A stretch of 12,072 nucleotides of DNA from Candidatus Methylomirabilia bacterium (GTDB lineage: Bacteria; Methylomirabilota; Methylomirabilia; Rokubacteriales; CSP1-6): contig JBGQEL010000128.1 in the NCBI GenBank assembly GCA_041496385.1, forward strand, positions 1 through 12,072. Direction: 5' to 3'. The notes beneath the pieces are model-generated. The model had not been told where the DNA came from. It was given only the letters and a program-made list of their open reading frames with translations, and did not search any database. The translations under genes were made by a program, and so were the position numbers. Below are positions 1 to 6,702 of the stretch, one piece after another. Every line of letters begins with the position of its first letter. Within the stretch, counting starts at the first letter, position 1.

Positions 1-1
1 C

Positions 2-256
2 GGCGCCGAGGGGAGCGTCATCGTCGAGAAGGTGAAGGGCGAGGCGGTGGCCACTCGCGGCTTCGACGCCGACAGCATGGAGTTCGTGGACATGCTGCAG
101 GCGGGCATCATCGATCCGACCAAGGTCGAGCGCGTGGCGCTGCAGAACGCGGCGTCGATCGCGTCGCTGCTGCTGACGACCGAGGCGCTCATCACGGACA
201 TCCCGGAGGAGAAGTCGGCGGCCGCGCCTGCCATGCCGCACGGTGACATGTACTAG
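2..256 (+). CDS. groEL: Chaperonin GroEL, C-terminal part (5' truncated by window)
   Basis: Frame from nt 2 reads [12 protein letters not shown]...[42 protein letters not shown]...[29 protein letters not shown] is the canonical GroEL C-terminal motif. Stop TAG 254-256. Confidence 0.98.
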   Translation, partial: GAEGSVIVEKVKGEAVATRGFDADSMEFVDMLQAGIIDPTKVERVALQNAASIASLLLTTEALITDIPEEKSAAAPAMPHGDMY

Positions 257-300
257 GGGTTGATCCGAGAGTCGGTTGAGTCCGCGCGATGCGCGGGCGG

Positions 301-340
301 CGGCCCGGGCCCGATGAGGGTCCGGGCCGTATCTGTTTGT
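301..340 (+). terminator. Probable intrinsic terminator of groEL
   Basis: CGGCCCGGGCCC (301-312), loop GATGA, GGGTCCGGGCCG (318-329): 12-bp stem with one G-U pair, followed by TATCTGTTTGT. A smaller hairpin CCGCGC-GAT-GCGCGG (282-296) precedes it. Confidence 0.7.
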
Positions 341-351
341 CGGCGTTGACG

Positions 352-380
352 TTGCGCCGTGTTTGGATGTTTGATACGGT
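352..380 (+). promoter_or_regulatory. Sigma70-type promoter of the rpsF-ssb-rpsR-rplI operon
   Basis: TTGCGC (352-357), 17-bp spacer, TACGGT (375-380), with an extended -10 TG at 372-373. AT-richer than the surroundings. Predicted TSS about 386-388. Confidence 0.65.
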
Positions 381-416
381 AAGGCGCTTAGCCCAAGGTA
401 CGAGGAGGTGAGTGAA

Positions 417-755
417 CTGCGGCCATACGAAATTCTGGTGATCGTCGATCCGCGTCCGACCGATGAGGAAGTCGCCGCGCTGCTCGGGCAGCTCGGCGAG
501 CAGATCAAGACGCTCGGCGCGGAAGTTCAGAAGCTCGACAACTGGGGAAAGCGCCGGCTGGCGTACGACATCAAGAAGCAGCGCGAAGGCACGTACGCGG
601 TGTTTGAAGTGTCCGCCGAGCCCGCGGTGGTGAAGGAATTCGAGCGACAGATGCGTCTCAACGAAAACGTTCTGCGCTTCCTCTCGACCCGGGTTCCGAT
701 CCGCAAGAAGGCTCGGCCGGCAAAAACCCCAGAGGTGCTTGAGGAGGTCGTTTGA
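417..755 (+). CDS. rpsF: 30S ribosomal protein bS6 (start probably CTG 417; ORF track uses GTG 408)
   Basis: (L/M)RPYEILVIVDP...WGKRRLAYDIKKQREGTY...LNENVLRFL matches the S6 signature. SD AGGAGGTGA at 403-411. Stop TGA 753-755 overlaps the ssb ATG. Confidence 0.97.
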   Translation: MRPYEILVIVDPRPTDEEVAALLGQLGEQIKTLGAEVQKLDNWGKRRLAYDIKKQREGTYAVFEVSAEPAVVKEFERQMRLNENVLRFLSTRVPIRKKARPAKTPEVLEEVV

Positions 756-1192
756 TGGCGAGCCTCAACAAGGTCTTCCTGATCGGCAACCTGACCCGGG
801 CTCCGGAGCTCCGTTACACGCCCAGCGGGACCGCCGTGGCCGATGTGCGGCTCGCGGTGAACCGCAACTACACCACGCAGGGCGGCGAGAAACGCGAGGA
901 GACCTGTTTCCTCACGGTCGTGGTGTGGGGCAAGCAGGCGGAGAGCTGCGGCGAATATCTCGACAAGGGCAGCCCGATCCTGGTCGAGGGCCGGCTCCAG
1001 ACGCGCGAGTGGGAGGGCAAGGATGGGCAGAAGCGGACCGTGATCGAGGTCGTGGCCGAGCGGGTCCAGTTCATGGGGCGCGGCAAGGGGGCGGGCACCC
1101 CCGTGGCAGTGCCGGCCGCCGAACCCGCGTTCAGTGGTGGTGAGGAGTCGAGATCGGGCGGTGTTGGCGGCGACGACGACGTCCCGTTCTAG
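755..1192 (+). CDS. ssb: Single-stranded DNA-binding protein
   Basis: MASLNKVFLIGNLTRAPELRYTPSG...LDKGSPILVEGRLQTREW, with acidic tail DDDVPF. SD GAGGAGG 741-747. ATG 755 coupled to the rpsF stop (TGATG). Confidence 0.98.
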   Translation: MASLNKVFLIGNLTRAPELRYTPSGTAVADVRLAVNRNYTTQGGEKREETCFLTVVVWGKQAESCGEYLDKGSPILVEGRLQTREWEGKDGQKRTVIEVVAERVQFMGRGKGAGTPVAVPAAEPAFSGGEESRSGGVGGDDDVPF

Positions 1193-1232
1193 CGCCGGTC
1201 GATCCTAGCGTCAGACCAAGGAGGAGCGAGCC

Positions 1233-1481
1233 ATTCCGCAAGCCCAGAAGCCGATGAAGCGCCGCCGGTTCGGCCGGCGAAAAGTTTGCAAGTTCTGCGC
1301 CGACAAGGTGGACCTCGTGGATTACAAGGACGTCCGGCGACTCCGCTCGTTCGTGAGCGAGCGCGGCAAGATCGTTCCCCGTCGCATCTCGGGCAGCTGC
1401 GCGCGGCACCAGCGGCAACTGACGCACGCGATCAAGCGCGCGCGCACGGTGGCCCTGCTGCCGTACCTCGCGACGGAGTAG
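1233..1481 (+). CDS. rpsR: 30S ribosomal protein bS18, Zn-binding (C+) type (start probably ATT 1233; ORF track uses ATG 1254)
   Basis: RRKVCKFC...[49 protein letters not shown], with CxxC plus CxxH zinc ligands. SD AAGGAGG 1218-1224. Confidence 0.97.
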   Translation: MPQAQKPMKRRRFGRRKVCKFCADKVDLVDYKDVRRLRSFVSERGKIVPRRISGSCARHQRQLTHAIKRARTVALLPYLATE

Positions 1482-1491
1482 GACGGAGCGC

Positions 1492-1935
1492 ATGAAAGTC
1501 ATCCTGCTGGACGACGTCACCAAGGTCGGTCGCCGCGGCGAAGTCCGCGATGTCTCGGACGGGTACGCACGCAACTACCTGATCCCCAAGAAGCTCGCCC
1601 TCTCCGCCACCGCGGGCAACCTCAAGAACCTCGGGCACATCAAGCTGCAGCAGGACGCGAAGGCGGGCCGCATCAAGGCGGACGCCGAGGCCCTGCGGGC
1701 GCGAATCGACGCGCTCGTCTACGAGGAGCGCCGGCAGGCGTCCGAGGAGGGCAAGCTCTTCGGGTCGGTGACGTCGCAGGACGTCGCCGAGTTCCTCGAG
1801 AGGAACGGCGTCAAGGTCGAGCGGCGGCGCCTCGTCCTCGACGAGCCGATCAAGACGCTGGGCGAGTTCTCCGTCGCGGTGCGCATTCACCAGGACGTGA
1901 CCGCCCAGCTCAGGGTCAACGTCGTCCGCGAATAG
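1492..1935 (+). CDS. rplI: 50S ribosomal protein bL9
   Basis: MKVILLDDVTKVGRRGEVRDVSDGYARNYLIPK...GKLFGSVTSQD...PIKTLGEF, 147 aa, in its canonical position after rpsR. Confidence 0.98.
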   Translation: MKVILLDDVTKVGRRGEVRDVSDGYARNYLIPKKLALSATAGNLKNLGHIKLQQDAKAGRIKADAEALRARIDALVYEERRQASEEGKLFGSVTSQDVAEFLERNGVKVERRRLVLDEPIKTLGEFSVAVRIHQDVTAQLRVNVVRE

Positions 1936-1966
1936 CGACTCGTTTCGGCAACGCCGCGCACGATGT

Positions 1967-2008
1967 GCGACCCCCGAGCACGAGCCGTTCTCGGGGGTCG
2001 CTGTCTGT
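1967..2008 (+). terminator. Stem-loop after rplI, probable terminator of the ribosomal protein operon
   Basis: Perfect 12-bp inverted repeat GCGACCCCCGAG (1967-1978) / CTCGGGGGTCGC (1990-2001) with an 11-nt loop, followed by a weak T-tract TGTCTGT. Confidence 0.6.
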
Positions 2009-2075
2009 CCACGGTATGTTCACGGGATACGCACCGCCTGTCCACCACATGGTCACCACGGCCGCGTTCTGCACA
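2005..2075 (+). promoter_or_regulatory. Phased array of DnaA-box-like 9-mers upstream of dnaB
   Basis: CTGTCCACG 2005, ATGTTCACG 2016, ATACGCACC 2027, CTGTCCACC 2038, ATGGTCACC 2049 (9-mer plus 2-bp spacer, 11-bp period), then TTCTGCACA 2067-2075 (one mismatch to TTWTNCACA). Confidence 0.6.
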
Positions 2076-2083
2076 GATTTTTC

Positions 2084-2113
2084 TTGACCGGATCGAAGCC
2101 CGGCGCACAACAT
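2084..2113 (+). promoter_or_regulatory. Possible dnaB promoter
   Basis: TTGACC (2084-2089) preceded by the T-rich tract GATTTTTC. Weak -10 candidate CAACAT (2108-2113) at 18 bp. Confidence 0.35.
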
Positions 2114-2150
2114 CGAGGCCCATGAAACCCACGTGCGGTGAGACACGCCC

Positions 2151-3521
2151 ATGAGCCCCCTGGACCTACCCTCGCGAATCCCGCCGCACAACCTGGACGC
2201 GGAGCGCGCGGTGCTCGGCGCCGTGCTGCTGGAGGGACGCGAGACGCTTCCCCGCGTCATCGAGGTCCTGCGCGCCTCCGACTTCTACACCGAGGCGCAC
2301 CGGTCGATGTACAACGGCATGCTGCGCCTGTTCGACCGCGGCGAGCCCGTCGACGTGCTCACCCTCCAGGAAGAGCTCCGGCGGACGGACCAGCTCGAGT
2401 TCGTGGGCGGCCCCGCGGCGCTGGCGCTCCTGGTCGAGCAGGCCTCGATCGCCGCGCACCTCCATTCCTACGCGCAGATCGTGCGGGACATGGCCGTCCT
2501 GCGCGAGCTCATCCAGACCTCGACCCAGATCATCACGCAGGCGTTCGACGCCAAGGAGGATGTCCAGACGCTCGTGGACGACGCGGAGCGGCGGATCTTC
2601 AGCCTCGCCGAGCGGCGCCTCGAGGGGAGCGCGCTCCCCGTCGGCAAGATCCTCAAGAACACGTTCGAGTACATCGAGCGGCTCTACGAGCGGAAGGAGC
2701 ACGTCACCGGCGTCGCGACCGGCTTCGAGAAGCTCGACCTCGAGACGTCCGGGCTGCAGGCCGCGGACTTCATCATCATCGCGGGCCGTCCGAGCATGGG
2801 CAAGACGGCCTTCGTGCTCAACATCGCGCAGCACGTCGGCATCCACGCGCGCGGCCGGGTCCTCGTGCTCTCGCTCGAGATGTCGGCGCAGCAGATCGTC
2901 CAACGCATGCTCTGCGCCGAGGCCAAGGTGGACTCGCAGGCGGTGCGCACCGGCTACCTCTCCTCCTCGGACTGGCACCGGCTCACGGCCGCGGCGGGGC
3001 GGCTCAGCGAGGCGCAGATCTTCATCGACGATAGCCCGGGGCTCACGGTGCTCGAGGCGCGCGCCAAGGCGCGGCGGATGAAGGCCGAGCACGGGCTCGA
3101 CCTGCTCGTGATCGACTACCTCCAGCTCATGCGCGGCCGCGCGTCGATGGAGAGCCGGCAGCAGGAGATCTCGGAGATCTCACGCTCGCTCAAGGCCCTG
3201 GCCAAGGAGCTGAACGTGCCGGTGGTCGCGCTCTCCCAGCTCTCGCGCGCGGTCGAGTCGCGCTCGCAGCGTGACTTCCGCCCGCAGCTCTCGGACCTGA
3301 GAGAATCGGGCGCGCTCGAGCAGGACGCGGACGTGATCCTCTTCCTCTACCGCCAGTCCCTGTACAAGGAAGAGCTGCCGCCCGAGGAGGCGAACATCGC
3401 CGAGGTCATCATCGGCAAGCAGCGCAACGGCCCCGTCGGGACGGTCAAGGTCGTGTTCCTGCCACAGTACGCGCGGTTCGAGAACGTCGCGGATCTGCAC
3501 CGGCAGCCCCAGCCCTTTTAG
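2151..3521 (+). CDS. dnaB: Replicative DNA helicase DnaB
   Basis: PPHNLDAERAVLG N-terminus, Walker A GRPSMGKT, SLEMS, IDYLQL, LSQLSR, DLRESGALEQDAD, KQRNGPVG. 456 aa, uninterrupted. Confidence 0.98.
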   Translation: MSPLDLPSRIPPHNLDAERAVLGAVLLEGRETLPRVIEVLRASDFYTEAHRSMYNGMLRLFDRGEPVDVLTLQEELRRTDQLEFVGGPAALALLVEQASIAAHLHSYAQIVRDMAVLRELIQTSTQIITQAFDAKEDVQTLVDDAERRIFSLAERRLEGSALPVGKILKNTFEYIERLYERKEHVTGVATGFEKLDLETSGLQAADFIIIAGRPSMGKTAFVLNIAQHVGIHARGRVLVLSLEMSAQQIVQRMLCAEAKVDSQAVRTGYLSSSDWHRLTAAAGRLSEAQIFIDDSPGLTVLEARAKARRMKAEHGLDLLVIDYLQLMRGRASMESRQQEISEISRSLKALAKELNVPVVALSQLSRAVESRSQRDFRPQLSDLRESGALEQDADVILFLYRQSLYKEELPPEEANIAEVIIGKQRNGPVGTVKVVFLPQYARFENVADLHRQPQPF

Positions 3522-3550
3522 ACCGTCTCACCGGTGCGGCCCGCAGTATC

Positions 3551-5377
3551 ATGGGCGCCGTGCGCCTGCACCGGCTGAAGCGTCTCTTCGTCGGCACGCC
3601 CCTCCCGACCGCCCAGCAGCGGCACGAGCGCCTCGGCAAGACCACCGCGCTCGCGGTCTTCGCCTCGGACGCGCTCTCCTCCGTCGCGTACGCGACCGAG
3701 GAGATCCTGCTCGTCCTGGTCCTCGCGGGGACGGTCGCGCTGAGCTACTCGCTGCCGATCGCCATCGCCATCGCCATCCTGATCGCCATCGTCGTCAGCT
3801 CGTACCGCCAGACGATCCGGGCCTACCCGCAGGGCGGCGGCGCCTACATCGTCAGCAAGGACAATCTCGGCACGTACGCGGGCCTGGTCGCCGGCGCCGC
3901 GCTGCTGATCGACTACGTCCTGACCGTAGCCGTGTCGGTCGCCGCCGGCATTGCCGCGCTCACCTCGGCGGTGCCCGCGCTCTTCGGCTATCGCGTGATC
4001 CTGTGCATCCTTGCGGTGGTCGGCGTGGCGGTCGCGAACCTCCGGGGGTTGCGCGAGTCGGGCCAGCTGGTCGCCGCGCCGACCTACCTCTTCATCGGCA
4101 GCCTCGGCGTGCTGCTCCTCTATGGAGGCGCCGGAGCGCTCTTCGACTTCATCCCGGAGGCGCCGTACCAGAAGCACCCGCCCGGCCTCGAGGGGGTCGG
4201 GCTGTTCTTGCTCCTGCGCGCGTTCTCGTCGGGCTGCACGGCGCTCACGGGTGTGGAGGCCGTGTCCGATGGCGTGCCCGCGTTCAAGCCGCCGGAGGCG
4301 CACAACGCTCGCGTCGTGCTGACCTGGCTCGGTGGCATCCTGATCGTGCTCTTCCTGGGCATCTCCTTCCTCGCCTACGACTTCGGGATCGTCCCGCGGC
4401 ACGACGAGACCGTGGTCTCGCAGCTCGCGCGGCACGTGTTCGGCGGCGGGGTCTTCTACTACGTGATCCAGGCCGGGACGATGCTGATTCTCTTGCTGGC
4501 GGCGAACACGTCGTTCGCCGACTTCCCGCGCCTCAGCTTCTTCCTCGCGCGGGACCGGTTCATCCCCCGACAGTTCGCGACGCAGGGCGACCGGCTCGTC
4601 TTCTCCAACGGCATCGTGATCCTCGGCAGCGTCGCCACGGTCCTGCTCGTGATCTTCGGCGGCGACACGCACGCCCTCATTCCGCTCTACGCGGTCGGTG
4701 TCTTCCTCTCGTTCACGCTCTCCCAGGCGAGCATGGTCCGGCGCTGGCTGCGGCTCCGGGAGGAGGGTTGGTGGTGGCGCTCGTGGTTCAACGGGCTGGG
4801 CGCGGTCGTGACGGGGCTCGTGATGCTGACGATCGCGGCGACCAAGTTCACCCACGGCGCCTGGATCGTCGTCCTGTTGATTCCGACGCTCGTGGCCTTG
4901 TTCGTGCTCATGCACCGCCACTACGCCGAGGTCGCCGAGCAGCTCTCGCTCGACGGTTTCGAGCCGCCCCCACCGATCACCAACACCGTGCTCGTCCTGG
5001 TCGGTGACATCCACCGGGGCGTGGTCAAGGCGATCCAGTACGCGCGGTCGCTCTCGCCGAACGCGAAGGCCGTCTTCGTCGAGATCGACCCCGAGCGCAC
5101 GCGCCGGCTCGAGGAGAAGTGGGGCAAGTGGGGGATGGGCGTGCCGCTCATCGTGCTGACCTCGCCCTACCGGTCGCTGCTGGTGCCGCTGCTGGAGTAC
5201 ATCGACCATCTCCAGAAGGACGAGAGCCATGTCGTGACGATCGTGCTCCCGGAGTTCGTCCCGGCCCGGTGGTGGCAGCTCGGCCTCCACAACCAGACGG
5301 CACTCCTCATCAAGGGCGCGATGTTCTTCCGGAAGAATGTCATCGTCACCGACGTTCCCTACCATCTGACTCACTAG
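3551..5377 (+). CDS. APC-superfamily permease, KimA/YdaO-like K+ transporter
   Basis: Motifs SDALSSVAYATEE, AYPQGGGAY, LIDYVLTVAVS, GCTALTGVEAVSDGVPAF, ANTSFADFPRL, IPLYAVGVF, and a soluble C-terminal domain with SPYRS and LHNQTA. About 12 hydrophobic segments. The start could be GTG 3560. Confidence 0.9.
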   Translation: MGAVRLHRLKRLFVGTPLPTAQQRHERLGKTTALAVFASDALSSVAYATEEILLVLVLAGTVALSYSLPIAIAIAILIAIVVSSYRQTIRAYPQGGGAYIVSKDNLGTYAGLVAGAALLIDYVLTVAVSVAAGIAALTSAVPALFGYRVILCILAVVGVAVANLRGLRESGQLVAAPTYLFIGSLGVLLLYGGAGALFDFIPEAPYQKHPPGLEGVGLFLLLRAFSSGCTALTGVEAVSDGVPAFKPPEAHNARVVLTWLGGILIVLFLGISFLAYDFGIVPRHDETVVSQLARHVFGGGVFYYVIQAGTMLILLLAANTSFADFPRLSFFLARDRFIPRQFATQGDRLVFSNGIVILGSVATVLLVIFGGDTHALIPLYAVGVFLSFTLSQASMVRRWLRLREEGWWWRSWFNGLGAVVTGLVMLTIAATKFTHGAWIVVLLIPTLVALFVLMHRHYAEVAEQLSLDGFEPPPPITNTVLVLVGDIHRGVVKAIQYARSLSPNAKAVFVEIDPERTRRLEEKWGKWGMGVPLIVLTSPYRSLLVPLLEYIDHLQKDESHVVTIVLPEFVPARWWQLGLHNQTALLIKGAMFFRKNVIVTDVPYHLTH

Positions 5378-5428
5378 GACCGCGCCTGGCGTCGCTCGGC
5401 CAGCCGGCGGCCGCGGCCGCGGCGACTC

Positions 5429-5437
5429 TGGTACACT
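5429..5437 (+). promoter_or_regulatory. Extended -10 promoter element upstream of the alkA-like gene
   Basis: TG-G-TACACT (TG 5429-5430, TACACT 5432-5437) in an otherwise very GC-rich 81-bp intergenic gap. No recognisable -35. Confidence 0.5.
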
Positions 5438-5458
5438 TGGACCCCGCGTGACCACCCG

Positions 5459-6379
5459 ATGAACATCGCTCTCGCCCCGGACGGCCCGCTCGACGTCGGC
5501 GCGACGCTCGCACGCTACCATCTGTGGGGCGAAGATCCGGCGAACCGCCTCGCTGGCGGCGTGCTGCTTCGCGTGCTCCGCGCTCGCGGCCGGCTCGTGC
5601 CCTACGCGGTGCGCCCGACGGGCGCGGTGGACGACGCGCGCCTCGAGGTGCGAATCCCGGGCGCTCGGGACGCCGGGATCGGCGAGGCGGTCGTCGCGGA
5701 GGTGCGGCGCGTCTTCGGGCTCGACTTCGACCTGCCGGGCTTCTACCGCATGGCCAAAGGCGATCCCGCGCTCGCGCCGCTCGTCGAGCCGCTCTACGGG
5801 CTCCGGCCGACCCTGGCGCCCTCGCCGCTCGAGATGCTCGTCGGCGCGATCACCGCGCAGCAGATCAATCTCTCGTTCGCCTTTGCCTGTCGCGCGCGCC
5901 TCGTGCGCCGCTACGGCACCGCGGTGACGTTCGGGGAGGAGACCGTCTGGGCGTTTCCCGACGCCGGCGCGCTGGCACGGGCACGCGTGCGGGGCCTGCG
6001 CGCGCTGAAGTTCTCCGGCCGCAAAGCCGAGTATGTGCGCGACCTCGGGCGCGCCGTCGTCTCGGGCGAGCTCGACCTCGACGGACTCGCGGCCGCGCCG
6101 AACGAGACGGTGATCGAGCGCCTCACGCGCCAGCGCGGGCTCGGGCGCTGGACCGCCGACTGGTTCCTCGCCCGCTGTCTCGGCCGCGGCGACGTCTGTC
6201 CGGCGGGCGACCTCGCCGTGCGGAAGGCGTTCGATCACCACTACGGGCGCGGCCGCGCGCTCTCCGAGCGGGCGATCCGCCGCCGCGCGAGCGTCTGGGG
6301 AGAGTACCAGAACCTCGCGATCCACTATCTCCTCGCCGGGATGCGGCTCGCCGAGCGCCGCGCGGGCGGCGGGGCGTGA
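5459..6379 (+). CDS. alkA: DNA-3-methyladenine glycosylase II family (AlkA, HhH-GPD)
   Basis: EMLVGAITAQQI, WAFPDA, helix-hairpin-helix GLGRWTADW followed by P.GDLAVRKA with the catalytic Asp, and C-terminal W..YQNLA. 306 aa. Confidence 0.88.
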   Translation: MNIALAPDGPLDVGATLARYHLWGEDPANRLAGGVLLRVLRARGRLVPYAVRPTGAVDDARLEVRIPGARDAGIGEAVVAEVRRVFGLDFDLPGFYRMAKGDPALAPLVEPLYGLRPTLAPSPLEMLVGAITAQQINLSFAFACRARLVRRYGTAVTFGEETVWAFPDAGALARARVRGLRALKFSGRKAEYVRDLGRAVVSGELDLDGLAAAPNETVIERLTRQRGLGRWTADWFLARCLGRGDVCPAGDLAVRKAFDHHYGRGRALSERAIRRRASVWGEYQNLAIHYLLAGMRLAERRAGGGA

Positions 6380-6702
6380 ACACGTCGATCGGCCTCCGGA
6401 TCCTCGGCCAGCCCGATCCCAATACGCCGAAAGACGTGCACCTCGTGGGCCGCTACGCGCTCGGCGTGGACTGGGCCGACGGCCACGGTTCGATCTACCC
6501 GTTCGACCGTCTGCGGCGCGACTGCGCCTGCGGCGCGTGCGCCGCGCTCGAGGCGCTGGCCCCGGCGATGGCGTGGCCGGGGGAGATCAAGCGGACGGAG
6601 CCGGGGCTCGCCGTCGGGTGGGCTGACGGCCACGCGAGCGTCTACCCGTATCCGGCGCTGCGCGCCCTCTGCCGCTGCGCCGGCTGCACCGGCGGCCACT
6701 GA
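6376..6702 (+). CDS. DUF971 / GBBH-like N-terminal domain protein with two WxDGH...LRxxCxCxxC repeats (108 aa)
   Basis: GTG 6376 overlaps the alkA stop (GTGA). Translation includes VGRYALGVDWADGHGSIYPFDRLRRDCACGAC and LAVGWADGHASVYPYPALRALCRCAGC. Stop overlaps the MFS ATG (TGATG). It is the 3' end of the track ORF 5524..6702. Confidence 0.85.
   Translation: MNTSIGLRILGQPDPNTPKDVHLVGRYALGVDWADGHGSIYPFDRLRRDCACGACAALEALAPAMAWPGEIKRTEPGLAVGWADGHASVYPYPALRALCRCAGCTGGH

Noticed and set aside
346..351. TTGACG as the -35 of the rpsF promoter
   Set aside because: It is 23 bp from TACGGT. TTGCGC at 352-357 gives the proper 17-bp spacing.
385..414. S6:S18-binding leader RNA (CCC at 392-394; CGCTTA 385-390 could pair with TGAGTG 409-414)
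   Set aside because: The stem is weak (two G-U pairs in six), overlaps the predicted TSS and lacks a clear second helix. It cannot be supported without a covariance-model search.
1936..2150. oriC, ncRNA or CRISPR in the rplI-dnaB spacer, and the 63-aa ORF 1963..2154
   Set aside because: No long AT-rich unwinding element or DnaA-trios. The repeats are 9-mers with 2-bp spacers, not CRISPR. The ORF crosses the terminator hairpin and has non-native codon usage.
2151..3521. Intein in DnaB
   Set aside because: Normal length (456 aa). The Walker A and DLRESG regions are contiguous, with no splicing motifs.
3522..3550. ydaO/c-di-AMP riboswitch before the KimA-like gene
   Set aside because: The intergenic gap is only 29 bp, too short for the aptamer.
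5407..5420. Perfect 14-bp palindrome GCGGCCGCGGCCGC upstream of alkA as an operator
   Set aside because: All-GC and low complexity, plausible by chance at this GC content. It does not resemble an Ada or LexA box that I recognise.
3518..6325. 935-aa minus-strand ORF, and similar ones at 9433..11499, 6642..8333 and 2166..3092
   Set aside because: Antisense shadows of well-supported + strand genes. High GC at third codon positions removes stops on the opposite strand. The translations are Arg/Gly/Ala-rich with no motifs.
5524..6375. N-terminal part of the 392-aa + strand ORF 5524..6702
   Set aside because: Alternative-frame low-complexity overlap with alkA. Only the part from GTG 6376 is a real gene.
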